Positions 1 to 13,436 are shown, counted from the first letter of the whole stretch. The stretch is DNA of 63,769 nucleotides, filler included, from Octopus bimaculoides (GCF_001194135.2; 4 parts of 4 records of this genome joined end to end with filler, not necessarily neighbours in it); one strand, 5' to 3'. Numbers and translations: made by a program. The notes: generated by a model not told the origin, from the sequence alone.

Positions 1-34
<34 letters not shown>

Positions 35-65
35 CCTACATACATACTTGTTTGTATATCTACCC

Positions 66-123
<58 letters not shown>

Positions 124-1547
124 GTGTTTGTATGCCTGTACGTACATGCGCAAACGCGCGTTTACATTCACAAACGCCGGTAATAGATTGCTACGTGCAA
201 ACTGTCTATTCTAAGCGTGCAAGTGAGTGATAGGGACCCCACAGATCGGTAGAGAGAGATAGATAGATAGATAGATAGATAGAGAAAGAGAGAGAGAGAG
301 AGATAGAGAGACTCACACATGCAAACAGACAGACATACACACATTCTCTTTTCTATTCACTCTCTGCTTATGGCGCCTATTTTGTCCCTAACGACTAATA
401 TAATTAATCAAATCTCTTATGATGTTTTTTTTCTTCCCCTGGTTAACTAAATTGATAATCATAATCATAGCAGTTTATTATATAAGCCATCATTACAGGC
501 AAGTTAAATTTGGCCCTTAACAGATGTACGCAACACATTATAACAAATATACACATATATACAACCCGTTGCCTTTTTTTTTTTTTTGTCTTTTTAATTA
601 CTTTTATCTTTCTGCAGGCCCTACTAACTCTTGTCCTCTCCCCCTTTTTTCCCCCTCATGGTATCTGTCTACTAAATAAAAAACTAATAGGCATCCTTTT
701 AGTAGTATCTATTATTACAGGCATTGTTACTGTTGCTGTTGTTGTTGTTGTTATTGTTTNNNNNNNNNNNNNNNNNNNNNNNNNNNNNNNNNNNNNNNNN
801 NNNNNNNNNNNNNNNNNNNNNNNNNNNNNNNGTGGTGAAGGTGGTGATGGTGATGGTAGTGGTGAAGGTGATGGTGGTGGTGGTGGTGGTGGTGGTGTTA
901 TTGAGCTGCTGTCGTTCATAATGCTACTGTTGCTGTTGCTTTTGCTGTTATTGCTGCGGATGTTGTTGCTGCTGCTGCTGTTGTGGTTGTTGTTTTTCTT
1001 GCTTTTTGTTGCAGTTGTTGTTGTTGTCGTTGTTGCTTTGCTGCTGTTATGGTCGAAGCAATTGCTGTTGTTGCTGTTGTTGTTATTGTTGTTACACGAT
1101 GCACGACGCCAGATTCGGACGCCATTTTTCGTCTCGATAAAGGACTGATACGGGATGTGGTACTTCCCCCCTCCCCGATACTTCCCCACCTTCCGTCACC
1201 ATCATTACCATCCGAGTGCCAAATACTCCCTTCCGTACGCAGCGTACGGTGTCTCTGGAGTTTACCCGTGGGAGAAATTATACGAATTGGCAGAGGAAGC
1301 CGATAAGACATTCTTCAATTAGTCGCGTGGAGTGTAACCGCGACAGCCGTTATTAGAGCGATGTGTTACTTATTTAACTAAGAGGCAAGAAGAAAAAAGA
1401 AAAAAAAAGAAAGAATGGAAAATAAATGAAAGGAAGGAGGAAAGATTGGTATGGAAGATGGTTTGTTCCTTTTATTATAACTTTTTTGGTGGCATACGAC
1501 GCCTCAAGAAGACGGGTATCAAAAAGTCAGATAACCTGACCCTTTCC

Positions 1548-1745
1548 CAAGGCGGAATATACCGGGCAAAATGCTTACCAGTATTTCGTCCGACTTTACG
1601 TTCTGAGTTCAAATTCTGTCGCGGTCGACATTACCTTTCGTTCTTTCGGGGGTCCATAAAATAAGTAAAAGTTGAGCATTGGGGTTAAATTAAGCAACTT
1701 ATCCAACTCCCCGAAATTACTGGCCTTGTTACAAAATTTGAAACC
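1548..1745 (+). mobile_element. tRNA-headed SINE, family B (diverged)
   Basis: Shares AAATGCTTA..GTATTTCGTC..TTCTGAGTTCAAATTC..GGTCGAC with copies at 34360, 45832, 53590 and 62060. Confidence 0.75.
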
Positions 1746-2559
1746 TCACACCTTCTCAACTTAGGTGTATATATATATATATATATATATATATNNNNNN
1801 NNNNNNNNNNNNNNNNNNNNNNNNNNNNNNNNNNNNNNNNNNNNNNNNNNNNNNNNNNNNNNNNNNNNNNNNNNNNNNNNNNNNNNNNNNNNNNNNNNNN
1901 NNNNNNNNNNNNNNNNNNNNNNNNNNNNNNNNNNNNNNNNNNNNNNNNNNNNNNNNNNNNNNNNNNNNNNNNNNNNNNNNNNNNNNNNNNNNNNNNNNNN
2001 NNNNNNNNNNNNNNNNNNNNNNNNNNNNNNNNNNNNNNNNNNNNNNNNNNNNNNNNNNNNNNNNNNNNNNNNNNNNNNNNNNNNNNNNNNNNNNNNNNNN
2101 NNNNNNNNNNNNNNNNNNNNNNNNNNNNNNNNNNNNNNNNNNNNNNNNNNNNNNNNNNNNNNNNNNNNNNNNNNNNNNNNNNNNNNNNNNNNNNNNNNNN
2201 NNNNNNNNNNNNNNNNNNNNNNNNNNNNNNNNNNNNNNNNNNNNNNNNNNNNNNNNNNNNGTGTGGGTGTGCAGATGATGGTGTGTGGTATGGTGCTGGG
2301 AAATGGTCAGTGCTAGTGCGTGTGGAGTGATGTGGGGTGGTGTGATGTGAGGGTGTGGGGGTAGTGTGAAGGTGTGAGGATGTGGGAATAGGGGTGTGGG
2401 GTGTGAGGGTATGGGGTGAGGATGTGGTTGTGAGTTAGAAATGGGAGTGTGGGATGGAGGTGTGGGTAGGGTGGGGTATGTGGTGGAGGGGATATCAATG
2501 AAGATAGAAGGTGGGTAGGAGTGAAGAGAGGAAGTAGGTGTCAGACGAAGAGAGGAGAG

Positions 2560-2800
2560 GAGGGGAGTTGAGCTCATGTGACACAAAGGAGCGAAGAGAG
2601 AAGATTAATTTCTGTGCAAAGAAAATCCGGACACAGACAGGTGTTGTAGTGAATGACCGGTAGAGTGGAAATGTCATTGCCGAGTCTGATGTCTCGGAGA
2701 TGCTCCGCGAACCGGTCAGCCAAGCGGCGTCCCGTTTGACCGATGTACAGAGAAGGGCAAAAAGAGCAGGAGGTGCAGTAAATGATGTTGCTAGAAGTGC
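2560..2800 (-). mobile_element. Penelope-like element remnant, GIY-YIG endonuclease C-terminal part (frameshifted)
   Basis: Minus frame reads CPSLYIGQTGRRLADRFAEHLRDIRLGND (YIGQTG at 2747-2730), matching YIG-x-T-x-R-x-L-x2-R-x2-EH of PLE GIY-YIG domains. A second frame gives QKLIFSLRSFVSHELNS. Confidence 0.85.
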
Positions 2801-3459
2801 AGGTAAAGGGGTCGGTGATATGATAGGGAAGATTAAAAGGAAGAAAAAAAAAAGAAAAAACGGAGAGAGAAAAATATAATGTGTAGAGATTAGCGGTTCA
2901 TCATGATATATATATCCTCGGCAGAATTTGAACACTGAATGTAGCTAAGCATTTTGTCTTTGTCCAGCGTGCAAACGATCTTGCCTACCTGCTGCTCTAT
3001 GGGATGATCATATATTGAAGAAAAAGGCAAAAGAATGCAAGTACTAAAAAACAAAGTAAAATGAATATACAAAAACAAACGACAAGTAAGGTTATCTTGT
3101 GTCAAAGATCAACGTTTAGAGCACGGAGGCTACCATCAACACGTTCTTTTATATAAATACATAAATAACGAAATATTGTTTTAGACGAAGGAGTTTATAC
3201 CTTCCGAGCCCTTTCAAACATTGGCTACCTGTTTTTCTTGCGACGCTCCAGTGAGACGGAACAGGCAGCAATATTGCTTTGTTCTTGACTATTTGTAACC
3301 AGTGATGCATGCATTTTAAGCAGGCGAGTCGAGATTTGAACGATCAAGTGTGTAGGAATTAAGGTAGGTAAAGTTCAGCGCTCTCCGTTATCCCTGAGAT
3401 ACCGACTGCCATTAAAATATTAAACGATTTTTTTATAGTAGAAATAAAACATAAATACA

Positions 3460-3502
<43 letters not shown>

Positions 3503-4246
3503 AAATTCATAAATTCATAAATAATGCTTTGAAGATACATATGTATCTATATATAAAGTCCTATTCGATTTTTATAAAGTGTGTATACTTATGCATATAC
3601 ATGTGTACATATGTAAATTTATACACACACACGCTCACACACATAATTCATATCTCTTCAGGCAGATAGGTGCCTAAAGAGAAAATCGAGACAAGGAGAA
3701 AGAGAAAAGATGAAAAAGAATGAAGTAATAAAAGAATATGAGAAGGCAGTAGACGTATCATAAAACCTGGCGACAAGTAGATGTAAGTGATGTCGTCTGG
3801 TGATTGGAAAAATCATTGAAAGAAACAGAGACGATTTTATGATTGAAGAAGGAAATATGAAATGAAACAATGACATCAACATGGAGTGCATGAGATTGTA
3901 TGGTTGCCATGGCGGAGGTAAGAAATAAAATTTAACTTCCTAATTGACCTAAAAAAAAAATAAGGGGGTGGGGAAACAAAACAAAACAAGACGAAACAAA
4001 AACAAAGGTAACATTGAAACATCATTGTGAAATGTTTTGATCATAAAAAAAAAAAATGTGGTAAAAAGAAAAAAAATCATAGGGTCATGTCATGAAGGTA
4101 TTGAGAAGTAAGAAGACTGAAACGAAGATGGTTTTACCGTGGGGTGAGATGATGATGATGATGGTGATAATGATGATGATGACGGTGATGATTAGAAATA
4201 TCGGGATAATGACGGTTTTTATGGTGCTGATGATAAAGCTGATGTA

Positions 4247-4307
<61 letters not shown>

Positions 4308-4320
4308 ACGATGGGTATTT

Positions 4321-4555
4321 ATTCTTTTATTCTTTTACTTGTTTCAGTCATTTGACTGCGGCCATGCTGGAGCACCGACTTTAGTCGTGCAAATCGACCT
4401 CAGGACTTATTCTTTGTAAGTCTAGTACCTATTCTGCCGGGTTTTTTTTGCCGAACCGCTAAGTTACGGGGACATAAACACCAGCATTGGTTGTCAAGCG
4501 ATGTAGGGGTGGGGGACAAACACAGACACACATACACACAGACACAGACACACGC
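4321..4555 (-). mobile_element. SINE family A, 3' half
   Basis: TTTTACTTGTTTCAGTCATTTGACTGCGGCCATGCTGGAGCACCG, near-identical to 44518-44700 and other copies. Confidence 0.9.
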
Positions 4556-4588
<33 letters not shown>

Positions 4589-4710
4589 CATACATACATA
4601 TATATACACACAGGGGAGAACTCACAAGAAAACAACAAGNNNNNNNNNNNNNNNNNNNNNNNNNNNNNNNNNNNNNNNNNNNNNNATATATATATATATA
4701 TATATATATA

Positions 4711-5652
4711 ACTTGTGTAGCTTTCTTTGTGCAACATCTGGTCGCGCATTGTCTTGCAAGAGAATTGGTTTGTCTCTATTGACCAATCTCGGTTGTTTAA
4801 TTGCAAGTTCACTCATCGTTGATGTGTACATCTGCTGTAATTGACTTACCAGGTCTCATGAAGCTGTAATGGATGACACGAGCGCTAGAACACCAAATAG
4901 ATACCTTTAACATTTTTTGGTGAATGTTCTCTTTTGTATTGTGTTTTGGCACTTCGTCTCCGTCCAACCACCGTGCAGAACGCTTGCTATTGTTGAAAAG
5001 AATCCATTTTTCATCACACGTAACAATACGATGCAAACATTGTTCGCTTTTATGCCGTGACAGCAAAGAATAGCAAATTCCAAGATGGCGTGTTATTTGA
5101 TGCTCGTTCAGTTCGTGTGGTACCCACTTGTCCAGCTTCTTTACCTTGCTGATTTGTTTCAGATGGTCCAATACAGTTGGAATCGAAACATCAAACCTTG
5201 CTAGTAACTCACGCGTAGTTTGAGATGTATCCGCTTCCACTACAGTTTCCAGCTCATCATTATCCACCTTGGTCTCAGGTCTACTACGGGGCTGATTTTC
5301 ACGAGTAAAGTCACCAGACCGGAACTTCTCAAACCATCGACATACAGTGCACACATTCACCACATCTTCAAACACCTCATTGATGTTTTGAGCTGTCTGG
5401 GTTGCATTGGTTCCAAACGGGACACATATTCATAGACAACACGAATTTTGGATCTGTTCATGGGTTCACAAAAATTGATTTACAAGAGAAAACTCACAAT
5501 ATTATCAAACACTATGAATTGCATTTCGAAAGGTGATAATGTAACTCTTCAATGTTGTAAAACAAAGAATTGTTAGGTTAAAACATTTGAGTCAACGACT
5601 GTCAAACCTGGTGCATAAGAAAATCGGACATTTCATTCTTAATGACTTGATA
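4711..5652 (-). mobile_element. Mariner transposon, 3'-truncated and decayed, Hsmar1/cecropia-like transposase
   Basis: VKKLDKWVPHEL, IVTCDEKWILF and PILLQDNARP motifs. ATG at 5461 followed by a frameshift. TIR-like end TATCAAGTCATTAAGAATGAAATGTCCGATTTT with TA at 5651-5652. Lost into (TA)n before the third catalytic Asp. Confidence 0.93.
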
Positions 5653-5714
5653 AATGTTACAAGACAGCAATGCGTTTATTTAGTCCAGTGTTTCAATGAC
5701 CCTGCCATCCATTG

Positions 5715-5770
<56 letters not shown>

Positions 5771-6197
5771 TAAAAGAAATAGCGTGTACAGCGTTGACGT
5801 TTCGTTGCCACGGACATTGACTGATGTTCAGGGCGTAGCGGAGGATGACGAACGACACAGCTCTGTAGCCGGGACACTATAGAGCAACGTGGCTTGGAAT
5901 CCGCTTATGTTGGTCGGCAACGCTTGGTGGGTGGTACTTAACTATAAAGTGTGGGTAGAGGGTTCGGGTGGTAGCGAACGGTTGACTTGAAACTGGTACG
6001 GATCGTGGGATCCGATCACCGAAATGTATAGACGCGATGTGATTTCTGTTTGAGCTGCGAATGTCAAAGTGAAGAAATTCAACCAGGCGCGGATAAAAGG
6101 CATGAGTAACTACGGCTCTCTTAACCGAGCGTGACTTCGTTGCGGTAAAACAGCTTATGCCTGTCACCGGAGCATGCATGCATACATATATGTGTGC

Positions 6198-6233
<36 letters not shown>

Positions 6234-6740
6234 NNNNNNNNNNNNNNNNNNNNNNNNNNNNNNNNNNNNNNNNNNNNNNNNNNNNNNNNNNNNNNNNNNN
6301 NNNNNNNNNNNNNNNNNNNNNNNNNNNNNNNNNNNNNNNNNNNNNNNNNNNNNNNNNNNNNNNNNNNNNNNNNNNNNNNNNNNNNNNNNNNNNNNNNNNN
6401 NNNNNNNNNNNNNNNNNNNNNNNNNNNNNNNNNNNNNNNNNNNNNNNNNNNNNNNNNNNNNNNNNNNNNNNNNNNNNNNNNNNNNNNNNNNNNNNNNNNN
6501 NNNNNNNNNNNNNNNNNNNNNNNNNNNNNNNNNNNNNNNNNNNNNNNNNNNNNNNNNNNNNNNNNNNNNNNNNNNNNNNNNNNNNNNNNNNNNNNNNNNN
6601 NNNNNNNNNNNNNNNNNNNNNNNNNNNNNNNNNNNNNNNNNNNNNNNNNNNNNNNNNNNNNNNNNNNNNNNNNNNNNNNNNNNNNNNNNNNNNNNNNNNN
6701 NNNNNNNNNNNNNNNNNNNNNNNNNNNNNNNNNNNNNNNA

Positions 6741-6940
6741 TGGGGGTCTTAAAAGACATGTTAGGATCCACAATGAGCAGAACTTACTTGCAGGTATTGG
6801 TAGTGCAAATCAGAGGTGCAATCTGTGTGGGTGTTTTTTCAAAACACTGTCTGGTTTAAAAAGCCACATCAGACGCCATGAAAGGGCTAAGGTGTAGGTG
6901 CAGGAGGTGGTCAAACTCTGTTTAAGGAGTAGACAACTAC
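6741..6940 (+). mobile_element. LINE (probably RTE-type) 3' end with two C2H2 zinc fingers
   Basis: GGLKRHVRIH...CNLCGCFFKTLSGLKSHIRRH is a perfect C-x2-C-x12-H-x3-H. Stop at 6895-6897, then a short UTR running into microsatellite. No TGEKP linker. Confidence 0.65.
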
Positions 6941-7533
6941 CATATATATATATACATACATACATGCATACATACATACATACATACATACATACATACA
7001 TACATACATACATGCATACATACATACATACATACATACATACATACATACATACATACATACATGCATACATACATACATGGGAGTCACAGTATACGAT
7101 TCGTTTATCAGCGAGTCAGATTGACTTAACAGAGGTTCACGGCAAAACCAGTTACTGGGTAAATGGTGCAATGATGTCATGCAGCCTAGCTCCACTCGCG
7201 ATATAAGATCTGAAAGGACCGGGAAGGCCCTTCTCTGTGTGCAATATCCTCAGTTATTACGTATCCATCTCTTTTCATCATAGTTAATGAGTTGATTTGA
7301 AGGCAAGAATAAGCTGCTACTTCTAGTAATTTATCAAGTACACAGGGTATTGAGAACTACATTAACCAATGTATCCTTCCCTTTTTTTTATGGTGGTTAG
7401 AGTATCGATTTGAGGAGAATAAACTCTTGTTTCTGGCAGTCGAATGACCGTGCAGTGGCTCGAGACTTCTTTTGTTAAACTGTATGTGTGTAGGTGGGTG
7501 TTTACATGGAAGATGGACTGATATGTCATTGTC

Positions 7534-7616
<83 letters not shown>

Positions 7617-8231
7617 ACACACACGCAACACACATACAATACCTACATAACACATACACAACACATACACATACACACACAGGTCACTGAAGTGATGTCT
7701 TACTTGTCTGTTGCTGTCAATTGTAGTATATTCACAGAGCAATGATGATGATGATGATGATGATAACCACAACAATGACAAGGACGATAACAATGATGAT
7801 GATGATGATGATGCTGGTGCTGGTGCAGCTACTGCTGCTGCTGCTGCTGCTGCTGTTGATGATGATGATAATGATAGTTACCGTGATAATTATGGTAGTG
7901 ATAGCAATGATGAGTAAAATGATATCTTGGGAAAATATTTTCCCCCCTTTATTTCCGAAAAAAACAAACAAACAAAAAAAGAAAACAAAGAGAAGACATT
8001 AGAAAGAAAGAAAAAGAAAGGGGAAGAAAAGGAAAGAAAGAAAGTAAGAGGAACTACAGGACAAGTTTCACTGGGAACAAGGTATGGTGTGAACAATAAC
8101 GACATTAAACAAAAACTAACCCCCCCCCCAAAAAAAAAACAAAAAAAAAAACTTCAGTGACACGTGATGGGGTCAAGAGGCACATTTCAGATTTTGGCAA
8201 CTGTTTCAACGCTACTGTCATTGTGTACCGA

Positions 8232-8378
<147 letters not shown>

Positions 8379-8404
8379 CATAATAATAATGATAATAATA
8401 ATAA

Positions 8405-9420
8405 TCCTTTCTTTATTGGCCACAAGGAACGAACACAAACATAATTAGGGACAATACAAAACAAGGGACGAATGTGGTTTATAACAGAAAAAAAACGTAG
8501 ACAATNNNNNNNNNNNNNNNNNNNNNNNNNNNNNNNNNNNNNNNNNNNNNNNNNNNNNNNNNNNNNNNNNNNNNNNNNNNNNNNNNNNNNNNNNNNNNNN
8601 NNNNNNNNNNNNNNNNNNNNNNNNNNNNNNNNNNNNNNNNNNNNNNNNNNNNNNNNNNNNNNNNNNNNNNNNNNNNNNNNNNNNNNNNNNNNNNNNNNNN
8701 NNNNNNNNNNNNNNNNAACTTTCAGGCGGGGAGGGTGTGTGGGTGGGTGGGGATGCGGTACTTCCTTCTCTACCCTCATTTTCCTTTTCAAGTGGAACTT
8801 GTAAAAAGTCAATGAAGGCTCGGTCGAAGAGGAAAGTGTCTGTTTTCAATCTTTTCAACCTCGTCCGTCACACTACTTCTTTCGTTATAGCCACTAGACA
8901 GAGGAAAACTGCCCTTTCCCTCCCGGCCAAAAGAAGGCGGCGGGACGATCCTCACAATGGACTCGGCTAATTCGTCCTACACATGATAACAGCTGTTCGA
9001 CAAAGCTCCACAGGTCAGTAATGCACGGACATTGGACGAGTGCATGCAGGACGTTTTCATCGCTCTACGCCCTATCAGACGGACAGGTCCATCTGATAGC
9101 ACTTCCGTGTCTGCAGAGTTTGTCTCGAAGCGGCAGAGTTCCCCGATAGCACTGCAAGGCCAAGGATCTCTGGAAGATATCCATAGACTCTGGCCCGAAA
9201 GTTCTCCGGAAAAGACCAGTAACTTCTTTCACTTTTGTTTCCAGATCAAGCAATGTAGAAAAAATTATTTACACGAATGGATGGATGGATCATTCTCAAG
9301 GCGACAATGCACTTCCCAATACGTGTGACGTACCAGTCAAACAGTCTTTTGCCCTCTTTGCAAGGATGATAAGCCAAGGATCTGTAACGTAGTTGGTAAG
9401 GTCAACTAGCACTAGTTCTG
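8405..9420 (-). mobile_element. Tx1/L1-like LINE 3' portion (zf-RVT region, 3' UTR, poly(A) signal), split by an N gap
   Basis: Minus reads LFRRTFGPESMDIFQRSLALQCYRGTLPLRDKLCRHGSAIRWTCP...SDENVLHALVQC, then LKTDTFL...FYKFHLKRKMRVE. AATAAA at 8417-8412 runs into (ATT)n. Confidence 0.8.
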
Positions 9421-9589
9421 TTTTGTGAGAAATTCTAAGTGTTAAATTTTACTTCTTAAACACATGAGGGAAACGTTTTTTTTGTTTTTGTTTTTGCATG
9501 ATGTAACGATTTTGGAAATCAATAAAGAACACGTCTGAAAGAGCTGTAGTGAACCCCAACCCATCTGTGTTATTGTGTGTGTGTGTGTG

Positions 9590-9659
<70 letters not shown>

Positions 9660-9679
9660 TGTGTATTTATGTATGTATG

Positions 9680-9840
9680 TTATTTTCCCTCCGTCTTCCT
9701 TTTCTGTCGTCTGTTTCTGAAGAAGAGCTTTGCTCGAAACGTAAAACCACCTTTCTTTCCTTCCCTGAGCGTCTGCTAATACTTTGCATGTATCACGTCC
9801 TCGCGTTGTGGTTTTTTTGTGTTTGTTCTTCGTTTTTTAT
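9680..9840 (+). mobile_element. Short Penelope-derived terminal repeat carrying a hammerhead motif
   Basis: Similar to 14750-14935(-): GAAGAGC..GCTCGAAACGT.AAA..TTCC..GAGCGTC..CTAATAC..GTCCTCG. Bounded by microsatellites. Confidence 0.6.
9713..9747 (+). ncRNA. Minimal type I hammerhead ribozyme motif
   Basis: Stem I GUUU/AAAC; core CUGAAGA plus extra A; stem II GAGC-UUU-GCUC; GAAA; loopless helix III ACGU; cleavage triplet GUA (after 9743). Confidence 0.7.
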
Positions 9841-10457
9841 TTATATATACATACATACATATACACATACATACATGCATACATACATACATACATACAT
9901 ACATACATACATACTGGTGAGTATGTGTCTGAATATCTGTATTTATATGCGTGAGTGTACAGATAGAGAAGAAGGAGGGAAACAGAGAGACGCTTGATGC
10001 TTTTGGTTAGAAAACAGCTTTAGTTGTTAAGTTTTTCAAAGTGTCAAAACATAACGGCTTCAGTCGTTCCCGCGCAGTTCGCGGCTTGTTGCCCATGTTG
10101 GGAGCCATTATTACTCTTTTTACGTAGTAATTTCAACTTTAATGCGTAAATAAATAGCTTGATACCGTATGAATGCATTCATGTACAATATACTGTGGTT
10201 ATTTACATCTAAATATACACAGGCAAATGTTTGAGCCACACACACACACACACACACACACACGCAAACACATAGACAAAAGCAAAACACATACACTCAC
10301 ACATGCATACACACATACACACACTCACGCATGCACACACTCACTCACACATGCACACACCTTTCGACGTATGTGTTATAAGTATGTACGCACATATATA
10401 CATAAATATATACACATACATACATACATCCATACATCCATACATCCATACATACAT

Positions 10458-10535
<78 letters not shown>

Positions 10536-11089
10536 TTTGGCACATATGTATACACACACACATATAACGAGCGTGTACATGTATTATTTATTACTGTACA
10601 AACACAAAATGGTCCAAGTATCAGCGCGGTTTTCTTTTCTCTTCTTATTTATCAATGTTGTTGATACCGTCGTCGTTGTTGTTGTTGTTGCTGTTGTCGT
10701 TCTGTCGTTGTAGCTTGAATTAGCATTAAATCAAAGTAGGTTTTGTTTTTATAATGGTAGACAAAGAACTCTTTCAGTTAAGTTATGTCACCAGTCCTAA
10801 ACATTGCCACATCTCCCAATCAGTATCAAGCATCGGACATTAGAGATTAGCTTCCCCCAAAGCTATAAAGCAAAAGTACGAGTTCAGTTTCTTCCCTTTT
10901 GTCTGTTTTTTGTCTTTTTTTTCTGTGCAATTTCTACTTTTAGAATAACATTTCTCATTTTTTGTTTATTTCTACGAAATAAAAATGGGTGGGAACAATA
11001 TTACAAAAATCTCCAGATAACATTTCCAAATAATATGCTTCACTTATTGCCAACGATTTCAGTAAGTAGATCTTTGCACAAACTATAAT

Positions 11090-11128
<39 letters not shown>

Positions 11129-11324
11129 TGTATATATATATATGTATATATATGCATATATTATATATGTATTATATATATATATATATATATATACATA
11201 TATACATACACGCACACACATATATATACATATACATACATAGACATATATATATGTATATATGTACGTATACATATATATATTTATATATATAGATGTG
11301 TATATATACATGTATGTACGTACG

Positions 11325-11425
11325 TACGAAGCCTGATCAATAAGTATCCGGACAGTTGCCATAGAAACGAATCTAAAGCAAGCAGAATGAAGCTGCTCGG
11401 CACAGATTGACCTTGAACTCTGCTG
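11325..11425. mobile_element. Mariner-type terminal fragment
   Basis: TACGAAGCCTGATCAATAAGTATCCGGAC resembles a TACGAGG..TCAA.AAGTA mariner TIR; embedded in TA-rich repeat. Confidence 0.5.
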
Positions 11426-11487
11426 TGGAAGCCTTTAGTATATATATATATATATTTGTATGTATGTATTCATATATGTACATACAT

Positions 11488-11675
11488 GTGTGTGCATGTC
11501 TTTGTGTTTGTACCCCGAACCGCTTGATACGATGTTGGTTTGCTTATGTCAACATAACTTAGCTTTTCGGCAAAGAGACCAATAGAATAAATACCAAGCT
11601 TAAAAATAAGTCCTGGGATCGATTTGTTCGACTAAACACTCCAAGGCGGTGCCCCGGCATGGCCATAGTTCGTAA
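11488..11675 (+). mobile_element. SINE family A, 3' half
   Basis: Reverse complement of the family A tail (GATCGATTTGTTCGACTAAA..GGCGGTGCCCCGGCATGGCC). Confidence 0.8.
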
Positions 11676-11679
11676 TGTA

Positions 11680-11860
11680 GTTCCTCAGGGACATTCAGTG
11701 TGACACAGAATGTGACACGGTTGGCCCCTTTGAAATACAGGTACAACTCATTTGTGAAATAAAGAGTCTTGCTAAAAGACACAACGCGCCATCAGGTATC
11801 GAAACTCACTACCTTACGATTGTGAACCGAATACCCTAACCACTAAGCCACACCCCTTTA
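11680..11860 (-). mobile_element. SINE family C, internally deleted
   Basis: Minus head GTGTGGCTTAGTGGTTAGGGTATTCGGTTCACAATCGTAAGG..GTTTCGATACC with A/B-box-like motifs. Confidence 0.75.
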
Positions 11861-12865
11861 CTCTTAAATATATAACAAATAATGAACTCAAACGAACGAC
11901 AGTGACAGACACAGAGAAGGCAACGGATATGTATTTGATTATTAATCTTTTATATTTTACTTGTTTCAGTCATTGGACTGCAGTCGTAGTGGACACCGTT
12001 TCGAATAGCTTGATCGAACAAATCGACCCCAATATCTATTTTTTTAAATATCATACTTATTCTATCGGTCTCTTTTGAGAGAAACCGCTAAGTTAGGAGG
12101 AAAATAATAAAAAATAAACGACCCCTTTCGGATTTAGTGAAAACAGAGTATAGCGTATTTATGGAAAAAGATAAAGAGAAAATACAAAAAAGTTAGGGGA
12201 AATTTTGGGGGTCAGACTCAGTGTAGAGATGATATGGGGATCAGTAATGACAGAGGATTGTGGAGGGGGTAGAGAAACCAGGATTAAAGCAATGATTTTT
12301 CAATAGAGTCGCCCAAACATTTCGGTATGACACCGACAATGCCTTAAGGATATCGCAAATTTATTAGATTTTACGAAGTTGTCGTCTTTGCCCTTGTGTC
12401 CTTATGATACGACACAGAATATTTGCAAAAAACCCCCAGATAAATAAATAAATAAAACGAACAATTTTATAAACCCACCGAAAGGTAATTAATTAAGAAT
12501 ATTTTAGACTAAGAGATAGAAAATAACTATATGGGAATCTATCAAGGAAATAGCGTTGCAGACCTCCGGATTAAGAGCCATGTCGGATTTAGATATATGC
12601 TAAACAATCTTCGGCTTAAGATTTCGAAATAATTAAAAGGCATATACGTTTTCAATTATTGTGACACTTTCTGGTGTAATTTTTTTAACAAGCGGCCTCC
12701 AAACTTTATGTAGCTTGGGGCCTCACAACGTTTAAATCCGACTCTGATTAAAAGTGCTGATGGAAAAAATGTGATTTAGTATTGGCTGGCTTGTTGGTTG
12801 ACTTGTTGGTTGGCTTGTTGGTTGGTTGACTAGCAGTGACAGGAGAGATTTTTGTCGCGGAAATA

Positions 12866-12934
<69 letters not shown>

Positions 12935-13295
12935 CGTAAAGTGTGGACATGTGTGTGAGTGTGCCTGTGTTAGAGATATGGGGAATAAAAGACAAACAAA
13001 TATATATCTAGTATCAGTTAATTGTAGGACATCTGTGTATGAGATGGTGAGAGAAAAAGAGAGAATAGGGGAGAGACAAAGGGAGAGAGAGTGAGTGAGT
13101 AAGAGAGTGAGTGAGAGAGAGAGAATAAGTAATAAAGACAGAAAAATGTCTCCTGTGACGCTCACCCTTGTGTATGTATATGTGTTAGTGTGTGTGTGAA
13201 TGTTTGTCTCCGGGTATTGTTGTGTTTTAACGTGTGCATATCAGACAGTTATGTACGTATTTACATGCAGACATACAAACGTATCTATCTATCTA

Positions 13296-13362
<67 letters not shown>

Positions 13363-13387
13363 GTCTGTCTATCTATCTATCTGTCTG

Positions 13388-13436
<49 letters not shown>

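Noticed and set aside
2260-2555. G-rich tract with G-quadruplex potential
   Set aside because: Low-complexity sequence downstream of the PLE remnant and next to a gap; nothing indicates function.
9245-9395. Apparent plus-strand exon with a strong acceptor and GTAAGG donor
   Set aside because: All three frames contain stops, and it lies antisense within the Tx1/L1-like remnant.
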